Counted from the stretch's first letter, positions 13,395 through 25,905 are shown. The stretch: 64,000 bases of DNA from Azolla caroliniana (GCA_043228905.1 JBHGNT010000001.1:15252001-15316000); one strand, 5' to 3'. The notes: generated by a model not told the origin, from the letters alone. Numbers and translations: made by a program.

Positions 13395-13900
13395 GTACAC
13401 AGTTACGCGCTTTGATCTCGCGCAAACAAGAGTAACAACAACTCTGCGTCAAAGTTTTCCCTAAGTCATATTTATACTAATATGACTTTTCGGCTATTTA
13501 CAAATACAGCCACGATGGACTCTCAGAAACATATTTACGAATATGTCTCTTCATCCGGTGAGCACTCCTAACCGGGTCTGCACCATCCAGCTCTCCGTAG
13601 TCGGGTACTCCTCATCCGGTTCTCACCGGGTCTGCACCATCCGGTTCTCCGTAGTCGGGTACTCCTCATCCGGTTCTCACCGGGTCTGCACCATCCGGCT
13701 CTCCGTAGCCGGGTACTCCTCATCCGGTTCTCACCGGGTCTGCACCATCCGGCTCTCCGTAGCCGGGTACTCCTCATCCGGTTCTCACTGGGTCTACACC
13801 ATCCGGCTCTCCGTAGCCAGGTACTCATCATCCGGTTTCGGTCGAGGCCGATCAACACTGTTCTTCTCCCTTCCCATCCGGAGGGACCTGTCTCCCAACA
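13087..13900 (-). mobile_element. Solo LTR (814 bp), related to the LTR of the intact copia element
   Basis: TG...CA ends with perfect TSD GATTG (13082-13086 / 13901-13905). Shares blocks with 21174-21818 (CGCTCGGCCACAACCG, CCCATCCGGAGGGACC). Host copia coding sequence is contiguous across it. Confidence 0.95.
13571..13840. repeat. 5 x 54-bp tandem repeat in the solo LTR
   Basis: Unit ACCGGGTCTGCACCATCCGGCTCTCCGTAGCCGGGTACTCCTCATCCGGTTCTC. Confidence 0.95.
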
Positions 13901-13949
13901 GATTGAACCTGGCCTATGTCCCCTGAATGACGATCTATTCAACAAATAC

Positions 13950-15775
13950 TAGATTCTTTGTGATCATCGGGACATGCAAGACGTTCCTCATAATTCCTCT
14001 CTACCCGAAATGGCTCAAAGGGACTTCTCCAACGGGCTCAATGGGATGAGGGGTGTCATCTCCAGTTTCGACGTCTATATACCTTGCTTGTGCTCTTCGT
14101 ACGGTCCAGTCCTGCATCCCACAACACCTCTAGTCCAATGTTCCTCAACCCATCAAGTTCCACACACCTCATCTGCTCTTCAGGCCCTTCACAACTCCTT
14201 TGTTGTCGCGGCATTGGTGCCCCTCGACCCATCGGCTCCTCCATATCGGCATTGGCTTCGAATGCCTACTTGTCCGGTTGGCCTTCATATGATTCAGCTT
14301 GTTCAAATCATGCCTCTCAACCAAATCGGCTCTCTCCAATTCGTTCCTGCTCTTGTCTAAATTAGTTATCTTCAATTCATCTTCAACCCTTGGCTATCTT
14401 AGCACAACTCTTGGCCTTCTTCTCCATGACTTTGCCTCTCTTGGCTCCGTCTCTCACTTGTTTTCTTGTTTGACATGTCCTCGACTTCTTCAGCTGTTAC
14501 GGATTCAAAGTCTACATCCGATCTGACTGTTCGGACATCTCTCCCCCTCTCGCCTTTGCTTCAGCTTTCGGTTCTCCCCCTCAAGTTCGGCATGTCGAGA
14601 TACTTTAAACCAAGGATACTTGAAAAATGCTACAACTTGTTCAGGCTAAGAGGTTTGGTAAAGATATTAGCAACATGCCGATCCATTGGAACATCAGAAG
14701 TTCAGCTTCACCAGAGAGGACGCACTCGTGTAAAAAGTAGTAATACACCTCAATATACTTCGTGGGAGCGTGGAAGATGAGATTCCTCATTAGTTGGATG
14801 TTGTTGAGGTTGTCGCAGTATATTACTGTTGGCTCGGACGCCTCCATCTGCAAATCTTTCAAGAGCTTTTTCAGCCATATGGCTTCACATGTTGTGATCC
14901 CATTCCTCTATATTCGGCCTAGTGCTTGACAATGCAACTATTGGTTTCTTCTTACTGCTCCAGGAAATCACGACACTTCCAAATAAAAATGCAAATCTAG
15001 ATATAGACCTGTGATCTTTGGCATTTCCGGCCCAATCGACACCTTTGTAGCCGAGTAACTATCCAGCTACACCAATCCCATATACCAATGCCCTATCCTC
15101 TCGGCTGACATATCGCAATATCCTCTACGTGCAAATCAAGGTGGTTGATGGTCAGCTGCAACATAAACCAACTCATCAATTTGACTAAATTGTTGAGGTC
15201 TGGCCAGGTGATGGTCAAGTGTATCAAGCTTTCGACTATTTGTCGGAACCGTGTCGGGTCACATGCCGTTCTCGAACCTTGGCAAAGCTTAACATTTCTA
15301 TTTAGAGGAGTCGAGACGATTCCGAACTTGAGGAGTATACTCCGCACATAATGCCTTTGGCTTATCAGTATGCCTTCTGAGATGCGGATTACTTTGATCC
15401 TGAGGAAGTAATGAAGGTCCCCTAGATCCTTCATGTTGAATGATGCCGCAAGTTGTGCCTTCACGCAACTGATTTCTTCCAGGTCAGCGTCGGCGATGAC
15501 AAAGTCATCCATATAACAATATGCTTACCGGACCATTTTGACTCTGTTGGCGATGACTCCGGCTTCGATGGAGCGAACCCCATATGGTGTAATCTTTGCG
15601 AGATCTTCGTGTTCCAAGCACGCAGGGCTTGCTTTAGTCCATACAAGGATTTCTTCAGTTGCCAAACGGCCGATGTGTTCAATCCGGACTAAAATTTGGC
15701 ATGTTGCACCATGTGCACTTGTTCCTCAAGCTCTCCTTCCAAGAAACCATTCTTCGAGTCCATCTAGTGTAGGTG
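13950..15775 (-). mobile_element. Degenerate copia element Y, 3' part (RT C-terminus, RNase H, 3' extension; 3' LTR not found)
   Basis: Fragments LKKSLYGLKQA, MKDLGDLHYFL and IYCDN...HAPTKYIEV. Coding sequence resumes at 26670 after the insertion. Confidence 0.9.
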
Positions 15776-16193
15776 TATTGAGATACAAGCTCAACATTGG
15801 CCGGATCCGTGCACAAACCTGTGCATAAAACCTGTGCGTAAGCTGGTGCGTAAACCGATACACAACAAGAGATCGGATCGGTGCAAAAACTGAGAAGCCG
15901 TTGAACAGATATTCCACGAGGGAATATATTTGGGAGTTAGTGTAGGGGCTCAGTTATGAGCATTGAAGTATGTGTTAGTACTTTTATCAGTCCGTATGGA
16001 CTTGTATAAAAGTGCTCTTTGAGCACATCCTATGTACAAAGTTTTACACATTATTTTGAATTCAGTTTCTCTTGTGTGTTCATTCCCTCTCTGTCTCTCC
16101 CGCGTACATTGTGTCTCAAGCTCTCCATTAAACCTGTTTTTTCCTCTGTCGGTATTTTGTGTTTCCTATAGCTTCCACACATAACATTTCACA
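15776..16193 (+). repeat. 5' LTR of element Z
   Basis: Starts TATTGAGATACAAGC (TG mutated to TA), ends ...TTTCACA, and matches the 3' LTR at 20848. Confidence 0.93.
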
Positions 16194-16205
16194 TGGTATT
16201 AGAGC
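16194..16205 (+). promoter_or_regulatory. Primer-binding site (initiator tRNA-Met type, one mismatch)
   Basis: TGGTATTAGAGC versus canonical TGGTATCAGAGC, directly after the LTR. Confidence 0.9.
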
Positions 16206-16295
16206 ATGAGGGTTGCGAACCTCTGCAACCAACTTCAGATCGAAACAAACAACAAAAAAGCCTAATCTCAGTGAAGAACAGAAAGGGAAAAAAAA

Positions 16296-19200
16296 ATGGA
16301 TAGAGGTATCGCTAGTTCGCTTCCATCTGAGAAGCTCGACAGAAGTAACTATGCATCTTGATCGTACAATATGTACCAGTACCTGCTCAGACATGGTTAT
16401 TGGAGCTATGTCGATGGAGTGAATGTTGCAGCACCTGAATCGACAGACAGAGACTTCCCGGCCTGGGAACAGTCGGCGAGCAAAGTTCTCTACTGCTTTG
16501 CGTCTTGTGTGAGTGAAAGCTCTTTAGCTACATTCGGGATGCAAGAACACCAAAGGATGCTTGGGGAAATCTGAAAAAGATTTTTGCCGCAAGCACCACA
16601 GCAAGGAAGCTCGAACTCCGATAGGAGTTGAGCAATGTGCATCAACGCGACATGACGGTGGCTAAGTACACCTCCAAGATAAAGGATATCTGCAATTCCC
16701 TCGCCTCCATCAATGTGAACGTTGAGCAGGGCGAAATGGTGCATATCTACCTCATAGGATTGGCTTCGAAGTTCGGAGCATTCTGAACTGCTATTTGTAC
16801 AAGGGAGAATACGTCGTCGTTTTTCGACTTGTAGTCGATGCTCCTTGTAGAGGAGAATCACGCGGGTGGGTCGACAAGTACGCACGCCGATAGCAAGATG
16901 CTATCCACAGAGGGAAATAGGCCCCGATGGTCGTGGCGGACGAGGCGAGTCGGCACGCAATGCAGGCGGCCGACGAGAGTAAGGAAGAAGGCATCTTGCT
17001 GATGCCGACAACAATTCCGGACCCTTCGAAAGCAGAGGGAGTCGAGGAGGCGATGGGAACCGGCAAGGGAAACACGCCGCAGAATGTTGGTATCGTGGCA
17101 AGAAGGGCCACAAGAAAAGCGAGTGCTGGAAGAAGCGCGCTGATTCGGAGAAAACCGGATCCAGATCCGGAAGGACCGAACAAGGAAATCGGCAGCAGAC
17201 GCACTACGCCGAAGGATCCGAAAAAGTTGGAAAGGGGGCAACCTTCGTGACAAGAAACAACGCGAACTTGATGAAGAAGACAACCCTGAAATCTGATGAA
17301 GTGTGGTATGTTGACTCTGGAGCGTCAAACCATATGACGAACCATAAAGAGTGGTTCTCATATCTAGAAAAACCGGAACAACTTGGAGTAGTCACAACAG
17401 GAGACGACACTCTACATCTGATCGTACATGTCGGTGAAGTTCCCCTCAGCCACATTGGGCAAAAAGGGAAGCTAATGAACGTGTTACACGTCCCGACAAT
17501 TACGAAGAATCTGGCGTCGGTTAGACAGGTCGTCAACTAGGGGATGCAAGTCCGGTTCACGCATCTTGACTGCTTCATCGAGGAAGAAGGCCCAGTTATT
17601 GCGCAAGGGCGCAGAGATGGGAGGATGTTCATCTTGGACACCAATGACGTAGGCACCGCCATGTTCGGAAAAGGGCAAAAATTTGAGTCGGATATCGACT
17701 TGTGGCATCAACGGATAGGCCACCACGTCAACTACCAAAGGCTTCAAGACCTACAATCGAAACAAGTTGTGTTCAGATTGCGGAAATTCAGTGGTCGAAA
17801 GGCCCAAATTTTTGAAGCCTGCCAGCTAGGGAAGCAACACCGACTTCCTTTCCCCAACGAGCGTAATCGGAGCCGAAATAAGCTCGACTTGATACATTCA
17901 GATGTATGGGGACTAACATAGAACATGAGTCTTGGCGGGAGTTAATATTTCGTCGCCTTTATCGATGACTACACCCAGCACACATGAATCTACCTCATCG
18001 AAAAGAAGAGTCAAGTCTTCAATTGTTTCTGGAACCTCAAAAATCTTGTTGAAAGGGAAACAAGGAGGAAGATCAAGTGCTTGCGGTCAGATGGCAGAAA
18101 AGAGTACTTTTCCGGCCAATTCAACAGTTATCTGCAACAAATGGGAATTTGGCACGAATTCAGTTGCAAATATACGCCGGAGGAAAACGGCGTAGCCAAA
18201 AGGAAGAATCGGTCAGTTGTGGAAGTGGCGCGGGCAATGTTGGAAGAAAAGAGCATGCCCAAGTTCTATTGGGCCGAAGCGGTCCAAACCACGGTCTACA
18301 TCCAGAATCGGATTGGAGAAAAAGTGTCGGCCCATGACCTGTATTTCAGAAGGAAGCCGAATCTACAACATTTGAGGGTTTTCGGTAGCATTGCGTATGT
18401 GCATGTGCCAAAGGAGAAGTAGAGGAAGCTGGACGCGAAAACCGAGAAGTTTATCTTGGTGCGCTACTTGGACAAACAGAAGGGTTATAACTGTTATAAC
18501 CCCCGAACCAAACAAGCTCACGTAAGTCGCGATGTTGGGTTCGATGAGTCTGCATCTTGATATTTGCCTCCATCTCCGGACCTCAACTCCAATCCGAGTT
18601 CTAGAGATAAGGTTAACGAGCCTCAGATGCCTCCTGATGAACGCGAAGACGGCACTCTAGAAGAGAGTCTGATCTCATTCCGGCTAAGTGGGCCGAATGA
18701 GCGACTAAGTCGGGATGACCAGTCGGATGAAGAATTGGCGAGTAGTGGAGACTCGGTCGTGCATTCCCCGCGCAGGAAGCCGAAGAGATGGCTTACGCGC
18801 AAAAAAAAGGGAAAGAAGAAGATGCCAGAGTATGGCACAGATAGGGACGAGTCGGATCGACGCAAATCCGACTCCGAGAAGGGCGATGACGGGCCTTCAA
18901 GAGCGTAGTCCGCGTCGGCCAGAACGGCCTCAACATCAGCTAATGCGCAATTACACCGATCTACCCGCCAAAAGAACCCTGTTGTGCGGTTAAGATACAA
19001 CGAGTACATGGTGCATCACTATGCATACATGACACATGTCGTGGAGGTGCGTGAGCCGGAGAGCTACGCAGAAGTGGCAAAGGATGCGAACTGGTGTGCC
19101 GCCATGGAGGAAGAGATGAATGCACTTGCGGAGAATGAAACCTGGGACCTGGGACCTAGTTGACGCCCCCAAGGGTGTAAAGCCGATTGGATGCAGGTGG

Positions 19201-20847
19201 GTGTACAAGGTCCAGTACAACCCTGACGGCTCGGTCAACCGATACAAGGCCCGGTTAGTGGCAAAAGGCTACGCGCAACAACACGGCATCGATTATGTTG
19301 AGATGTTTGTGCCGGTCGCGAAGATAACGATCGTCCATGTTTTGCTTGCAGTAGTTGCGACGAAGGGGTGTCACTTACATTAGATGGATGTAAAGAATGT
19401 GTTCTTGCAAGGCGAGCTTGAGGAACAAGTGTGCATGGTACAACCCCCCGGATTTCACACCGGAACGAACACTTCGGCAATATGCCGGTTGAAGAAGTCC
19501 CTTTACAGACTAAAGCAAGCCCCGTGTGCCTGGAACGTGAAGATCACGCAGCGATTGTGTCGGATGGGATTTGCGACATCCGAATCAGACTCTTCGTTGT
19601 TCATCCGACAACGTCGACATGGGCCGGTTAGTATTTTACTTTATGTTGATGACTTGGTCATCACCGGCGTCGACCTAGATGAAATTGACCGCGTAAAGCT
19701 CTAGCTTGTGGCATCATTTGATATGAAGGGCCTTGGGGACCTTCATTACTTTCTCGGGATCGAAGTGATCCGAACCCCCGAAGGCATACCGATCAGCCAA
19801 CGACATTACGTGTTGAGTATGCTCTTCAAGTTCAGGATGGCAGACTGTAAGTCTGTCTCAACTCCTCTTGACAGAACCGTGACGCTTCGCCTCGACTTCG
19901 GAAAGGTCTGTGATCCGAAAAGGTTCCGACAGATTGTCGGAAGCCTCATTACTTGACAATCACCCGGCCGGACCTCAGTTACCCGGTCGGCTTGATTAGT
20001 CAATTCATGGCGCGGCCAACCGAGGAGCACCATTCAGTGCGTGCAATGCGTACTCAGGTACATCAGTGGCACTAAGGATCGGGGACTACTATATTAGACC
20101 TGTATTGGCGCGCAGCTAGTCGACTATACATATGCCAACTGGGCTGGAAACGCCGCCGATCGCCGATCCACATCCGGATTCACATTCTTCCTTGGGAGCG
20201 CCACGATCACGTGGAGTAGCAAGAAGCAGTCGACAGTTGCACTGTCGAGCACAGAGGCTGAGTATCGAGGAGCGGTTGTCGCAACATGCGAAGCCATTTG
20301 GCTAAAGCGGCTACTTAAGGATTTGCAGGTGGAGGTGTCCGATCCAATGACGATCTACAACGACAACTTCAGCAACATCCAACTTGTGAAGAACCCCGTC
20401 TTCCATGCCCGGACTAAGCACAATGAGGTGCACTACCACTTTTCCGCGAGCGTGCCCTCTTTGGTGAAGTTGAACTTTGGTATGTTTCGACGGATCGGGA
20501 GAACGCCGACATTTTCACCAAGCCCCTTGGTCTGGACAAGTTGCGGCAATTCTTGGGTGTGCTTGGGTTGCGGCACCTTGACGTGCCGAACTTGAGGCAT
20601 CCGATTTGGCTCGGATGTTTGATTTGGAGATGCCGAATCAACTAAAGGCCAAGAGGAAGAAAGGGAAGAAGAATAGATGCCAACACCAAGATAGCAAGGG
20701 AGCTGGAAAAGGCCGCACGAGCAGACAAGCTGACCGTAAGGATCGAGGCTCGCCGAATCGAACGGGTCGAGGAGTGCGAGCGAGCATGAAGTCAAGAGAA
20801 ACCAAAGCGAAGGACCAGAGGAGCCTCAAGTTGAGCTTGAGGGGGAG
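16296..20847 (+). pseudogene. gag-pol: Disrupted gag-pol of element Z
   Basis: Fragments include a gag N-terminus, CWYRGKKGHKKSEC knuckle, DSGAS protease, LWHQRIGH, RSDG, ENGVAKRKNR and YVDDL, separated by many stops and frameshifts. Confidence 0.93.
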
Positions 20848-21173
20848 TGTTGAGATACAAGCTCAATATTGGTGGTGCGTAAACCCGTGCGTAAACCCGT
20901 GCGTAAACTTGTGCGTAAACCGATACACAACAAGAGGTCAGATCGGTGCGGAAACCGGGACGCAATTGAACAGATATTCCGCGAGGGAATATATTTGGGA
21001 GTTAGTGTAGGGTCTTAGTTATGACCATTGAAGTACGTGTTAGTACTTCTGTCAGCCCATATGGACTTGTATGAAAGTTCTCTGTGAGCACATCCTATGT
21101 ACAGAGTTTTACACATTATTTTGAATTCAGTTTCTCCTATGTGTTCATTCCCTCTTTGTCTCTCCCACGTACA

Positions 21174-21818
21174 TGTCGGGAATCAACGCTTGGATTCACC
21201 TTCACCGCTCGGCCACAACCGAGTAATCGCGGATCAATGCAGCAGAAAAATAGGAAATACAGAGAAAGACGCGATACACAGGAATTAACGTGGAAAACCC
21301 TATACGGGAAAAACCACGGGAGTGCGAGACTCCAAACCAAACTATGCACAGAGAAATATACAATGGCGAGCTGCAAGGCAACGACCTTGAGCTCGCTGTC
21401 CTCGCCACAGGCGGCGGAAATACACAGAGGCGTCTACCTCTTCGTCTCTCTCGCGCTCTATCTCTCTCTCGGCTGCTCTCACTTCGCTTCCTCTCAGTGA
21501 AAACAGAAAATGAGCAACAACTAAAACTATTTGCCCTAAGTCATATTTATACACATATGACTTTCGGGCTATTTACAAATATAGCCTCAAGGGCCCTTGG
21601 CAAACATATTCACAAATATGTCCCCGCATCCGGATCTCTCTCCGGGTACATTCGTCATCCGGCTCCGTAACCGGGGTCTTCATCATCCGGCTCCGTAGCC
21701 GGGGTATTCATCATCCGGCTCCGTAGCCGGGGTATTCATCATCCGGCTCCGTAACCGCAACCGGGCTTGCCGTCATTCATCTCCGGACATCCCATCCGGA
21801 GGGACCGAAATCCCAACA
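21174..21818 (-). repeat. 3' LTR of element W
   Basis: TG...CA ends. Matches 25935-26579 with one mismatch seen (21178 G vs 25939 A). Contains ~4 x 28-bp repeats at ~21655-21757. Confidence 0.97.
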
Positions 21819-21832
21819 AACTCCCCCTTCAC
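21819..21832 (-). promoter_or_regulatory. Polypurine tract of element W
   Basis: Minus-strand GTGAAGGGGGAGTT abuts the 3' LTR. Confidence 0.92.
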
Positions 21833-24800
21833 TTCGGCATGGGATGTCTCTCCAATCCGACCCTCTTCAGGCATGCTTCTAGCTTGTCGGGTGTGAGCAC
21901 CTTGGTCAGCATATCCGACCCGTTCTCGTCCGTGTGGATCTTCGTCAGCACGAACTCCTCGTCTTCTATCCTCTCCCGGATCCAGTGGTATCTACGCTGG
22001 ATGTGTTTCGTCCGGGAATGGTAGGCCGCGTTCTTCGCAAGGTGGATGGCACTCTGACTGTCGCAGTAGAGTCGGTACTCCTCCTGCCGGATACCGAGCT
22101 CTCTAATGAAGTCCTTCATCCATATTATTTCCTTGCCGGCTTCAACAGCCGCCATGTACTCCGCCTCCGTGGTTGACAACGCAACCGTCTTCTGCAGCCT
22201 CGACTGCCACGAAACGGCTCCCCCTGCATACGTCATCACATACCCTGATGTGGACCGGCTGGTATCTGCATCAGCCGACATATCCGAATCGGTGAAGCCG
22301 TCGAGTTCGGGCTTACCGGAGCCGAATCGGAGGCACACGTTTGCCGTGCCCTTCAGGTATCGGAGTATCCACTTGGCCGCGTTCCAATGCTCTTTGCCGG
22401 GATTGCTCATGTACCGGCTCACAACTCCGACTGCATATCCGATGTCCGGTCTCGTACACACCATGGCGTACATCAAGCTCCCGACGGCTGAGGCATACGG
22501 CACTTTCATCATATCCTCCTTTTCAGCCTTTGTCTTGGGGCTTTGCTTGCTGGACAGCTTGCAGTTTGCCGGGAGGGTCGATCCGACCGGTCTTGCCTCC
22601 GACATGTTGAACCGGTGAAGCACCTTTGTCACGTACTTCTCCTGTGACAGCCACAACTGCTTCTTCTTCCGGTCCCGGATGATGTGCATCCCTAATATTT
22701 GCCTCGCCGGACCCAGGTCCTTCATTGAGAAGGTTCGGTGAAGAGCCTTCTTCAGCATCCGTATCTTGACCTGGTCCCGTCCGACGATCAACATGTCGTC
22801 CACGTACAGGAGGAGTATTAGAGAGTCTCCTCCTTCGAACTTCTTCACAAACACGCAGTGGTCGGACTGCGTTTTGAGGTACCCTTCGTCGGTCATGAAG
22901 GAGTCGAACTTCCGGTACCATTGCCGGGGAGCCTGCTTCAGTCCGTAAAGGCTCTTCTTCAACCGGCATACCAGGTGCTCCTTCCCTTTCTTCTCGAATC
23001 CTTCCGGTTGCTGCATGTAGATCTCTTCGTCGAGGTCACCGTGAAGGAATGCCGTCTTCACGTCCATCTGTTCTACCTCGAGGTCCATGCTTGCCGCTAT
23101 GCTCAGCACCGTCCGGATGGAGGTCATCTTCACTACCGGGGCAAATATCTCGTCGAACTCGACGCCCTTCTTCTGCTGAAACCCCTTCACCACGATCCTG
23201 GCTTTGTATCTCGGGGGGTTTTCGGCATCTCCTGGTTTCAGCTTGAACACCCACTTGTTTCGAAGTGCCCGCTTTCCTTTCGGCAACTCCACAAGTTCAT
23301 ATGTGTGGTTCTCATGCAGGGAATCCATCTCGTCCTGCATGGCACTCAACCACCTGCGGCTCTGGGTGTCATGCTTTGCTTCTTCAAAGCTCTCCGGCTC
23401 CCCCTCGTCGGTTAGCAGCACGTGCTCTGGTTCCGGAAATCTCCGGGGGGCCCTCCTCTCTCTTAGAGGATATCTCCTTTCGGAAGCTTCGGTAACCGGT
23501 TCTTCCGATTCTTCTTCTTCATCCGAATCCATTTCGGGATCGGGGCCGGTTCCGGTATCGTTCTCATCTTCTTCGGCCGGTTCTGTTTCTTCACCGTCTT
23601 CGGCCGGATCCTCGAGTGCTAACCGGTCCCTTGCCGGTCGGGACTGCTCCTCGTAGAGTTGATCCTCACCGGTCGACTTGGAGCTCTTCACCTTCTTCTC
23701 CGACTCCCAGTCGGCGAGTGTCTTGTCCTCCATGAAGATGATGTCTCGACTCCTGAATATCTTCTTGTCGACCGGGTCCCATACTCGGTAGCCGAACTCG
23801 TCGTCGCCGTATCCGAGGAATATGCATGGCCGGGTCTTTGGATCTAACTTTCCTCTCCGGTCCTTTGCCACATGCACGTATGCGAGACACCCGAACACCT
23901 TCAGATGCCGGTAGGACACTTCCTTACCGGTCCACACTTTCTGCGGCGTGTCTCCGTCCAAAGGTACTGAGGGTGATCTGTTTATCACATACGTCGCCGT
24001 CGACATTGCCTCAGCCCAAAATCCCTTGGGTAATTTCGCATGCGCCAGCATACTCCGGACCCTCTCCATTATGGTCCGGTTCATCCTCTCGGCCAGCCCG
24101 TTCAGTTCCGGCGTCTTCGGCACAGTAAACTCGAGTCGGATACCCTTCGAGCGACAGTACTCCAGGAACTGCCCCCGGTATTCCCCTCCGTTATCCGCTC
24201 GTATCGCTTTCAGCTTCTTGCCGGATTCCCTTTCCACTCTCGCGTGGAGTTCTTTGAAGACGCACAACACTTGGTCCTTTGTCTTCATCGGTGCCGTCCA
24301 CAGTTTTCGGCTATGATCATCGATGAATGTTACGAAGTACTGGGCTCCGCCATGTGACTTCGTCTCTACCTGACACACGTCAGTGTGCACCAACTCCAAT
24401 GGTGCGCTACGTCTCGTCGGTGGCCTTGAGTGGAAGGAGGTTCGGTTCTGCTTACCGGCCAGGCAATCGGTGCACTTCTCCAGGTGCACATGCTTCACTG
24501 GGATAAGGTTGTCTTCTGCAAGCCTCTTCATCCCCTTCTCACTCATGTGGCACAGTCTCTTGTGCCACAGCTCACCGGCAGTGTCGGCTGCCACATTCAG
24601 CTCTTCCGGACATAACCGGGCATTCATCAGGTACAGTGTGTTGACTTTCCGGGCCCGAGCCACTATCAAGCTCCCCTTGCTGAACTTCATTATGCCGTTC
24701 CGGATGCTACCTGTGTAGCCTTCATCGTCTAGCCTCCCGGCCGAAATCAGGTTCAATCGAACCTCCGGAACGTGACGGACATCCTTCAGCAGCATTTTGC

Positions 24801-25905
24801 ATCCGGTCGGGGTTGTCAACCACACGTCTCCGATGCCGGCAATCCGGCACGTACCTTCATTTCCCATCCGAACACAGCCATGCTCGCCGGCTGTGTAGGA
24901 TGAAAAGTATCTTCTCTCCGGGGTCAGGTGGAACGACGCTCCGGAATCGACCACCCAGGTCGTCTCATCGCCGGCAATGTTTAGTTCACCTTCTTCGGTG
25001 ATGAGCATGATCTCCTCTTCACTTGCCGCGAGTGCCGTCGTTCCTTTCCGGTCCTGCCCTCGCCGATCCGGACCTCTCCGGTCCGTGGCTCCCCGGTATG
25101 CACCGTTTCTCTCCGGTGACTTCTTCGAATCCGTGTCGTCGGCTCCGTTGTCCTTTCGGTAATGCCGACAATTCTTCCGAAAGTGCCCCGGCTTCCCACA
25201 GTGGAAGCATGTGGGTCTTCCTCTTGACTGCGACCGGGTCCCCGACTTCTCCCGTCTTTGCGGACTCCGGTTCCAGTGTCTTCCCCGTTCCGATTCGGTA
25301 AGCAGCGCCTTCGAGTCGGAGGCCGGTTCTTTATCTCTCCGACGCGCTTCTTCATTTAGAATACTTGTCTTTACCGTTTGTAGGGACAAGTTGTCTTCCG
25401 TGCAGGAGGTGCTGAGAGTCACCACCAAGTTCTCCCAGCTGTCCGGCAGTGTACACATCAGGATGATGGCTTGCATTGCATCCTCCAACGGGAACTTGAT
25501 CGCCGCAAGCTGATTCACGAATCCCATGAACGTGCTTACGTGTTCCACCATACTCTCGCCGTCCCGGTACTTGAGATTCACTATCTTCCTCATCAGGGAG
25601 GTCCGGTTCAACGCATTCTTCCTCTCGTAGAGGCCCGACAGCTTCTTCCACATCTCATATGCGTTGGTGTCGTTTGCCACATGTTGTAGGACGCTCACGT
25701 CGACGTATTGTCGGATCGTCGCTACGGCTTTCCGGTTCAGGAGCTTCCACTCCGACTCAAGTACCCCTTTCGGTATTTCCGACCTGTCAATCGGTTCGTA
25801 CAGGTCCCGAACAATCAGAAGGTCCTCCATCTTGATCTTCCAGTCGGCGTAATTTTGTGCATTCAGCACCATCATCATCGGCTGCCCGCTGCCGCCGCCT
25901 TCCAT
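21829..25905 (-). CDS. gag-pol: Gag-Pol polyprotein (~1358 aa): gag, CCHC knuckle, aspartic protease, integrase, RT, RNase H
   Basis: Motifs CFHCGKPGHFRKNC, WVVDSGASFH, LWHKRLCH...CTDC, HTD/ADNGGE/ELNGLAER, QMDVKTAFLHG, YVDD, FTDSD and HSRTKHI. The first ATG after the PBS is at 25905. Confidence 0.97.
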   Translation of the reverse strand: MEGGGSGQPMMMVLNAQNYADWKIKMEDLLIVRDLYEPIDRSEIPKGVLESEWKLLNRKAVATIRQYVDVSVLQHVANDTNAYEMWKKLSGLYERKNALNRTSLMRKIVNLKYRDGESMVEHVSTFMGFVNQLAAIKFPLEDAMQAIILMCTLPDSWENLVVTLSTSCTEDNLSLQTVKTSILNEEARRRDKEPASDSKALLTESERGRHWNRSPQRREKSGTRSQSRGRPTCFHCGKPGHFRKNCRHYRKDNGADDTDSKKSPERNGAYRGATDRRGPDRRGQDRKGTTALAASEEEIMLITEEGELNIAGDETTWVVDSGASFHLTPERRYFSSYTAGEHGCVRMGNEGTCRIAGIGDVWLTTPTGCKMLLKDVRHVPEVRLNLISAGRLDDEGYTGSIRNGIMKFSKGSLIVARARKVNTLYLMNARLCPEELNVAADTAGELWHKRLCHMSEKGMKRLAEDNLIPVKHVHLEKCTDCLAGKQNRTSFHSRPPTRRSAPLELVHTDVCQVETKSHGGAQYFVTFIDDHSRKLWTAPMKTKDQVLCVFKELHARVERESGKKLKAIRADNGGEYRGQFLEYCRSKGIRLEFTVPKTPELNGLAERMNRTIMERVRSMLAHAKLPKGFWAEAMSTATYVINRSPSVPLDGDTPQKVWTGKEVSYRHLKVFGCLAYVHVAKDRRGKLDPKTRPCIFLGYGDDEFGYRVWDPVDKKIFRSRDIIFMEDKTLADWESEKKVKSSKSTGEDQLYEEQSRPARDRLALEDPAEDGEETEPAEEDENDTGTGPDPEMDSDEEEESEEPVTEASERRYPLRERRAPRRFPEPEHVLLTDEGEPESFEEAKHDTQSRRWLSAMQDEMDSLHENHTYELVELPKGKRALRNKWVFKLKPGDAENPPRYKARIVVKGFQQKKGVEFDEIFAPVVKMTSIRTVLSIAASMDLEVEQMDVKTAFLHGDLDEEIYMQQPEGFEKKGKEHLVCRLKKSLYGLKQAPRQWYRKFDSFMTDEGYLKTQSDHCVFVKKFEGGDSLILLLYVDDMLIVGRDQVKIRMLKKALHRTFSMKDLGPARQILGMHIIRDRKKKQLWLSQEKYVTKVLHRFNMSEARPVGSTLPANCKLSSKQSPKTKAEKEDMMKVPYASAVGSLMYAMVCTRPDIGYAVGVVSRYMSNPGKEHWNAAKWILRYLKGTANVCLRFGSGKPELDGFTDSDMSADADTSRSTSGYVMTYAGGAVSWQSRLQKTVALSTTEAEYMAAVEAGKEIIWMKDFIRELGIRQEEYRLYCDSQSAIHLAKNAAYHSRTKHIQRRYHWIRERIEDEEFVLTKIHTDENGSDMLTKVLTPDKLEACLKRVGLERHPMPK

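Larger units (their letters stand above)
10233..13945 (-). mobile_element. Degenerate copia element X: 3' LTR (10233-10690), RNase H, RT and partial integrase region
   Basis: Minus-strand ORF fragments CRWVYKVKYNLDGSINRYK and VGYTEAKWAG...WCSQKQ. The LTR starts TGTCGAGAGACAAGCTCAAC at 10690 (minus) next to a decayed PPT. Confidence 0.9.

Noticed and set aside
13543-13945. Repetitive ORFs (RRAGWCRPGENRM...) here and at 39718-40365, and a possible CRISPR-like array
   Set aside because: They are translations of the 54-bp LTR tandem repeat. There are no unique spacers and no cas genes.
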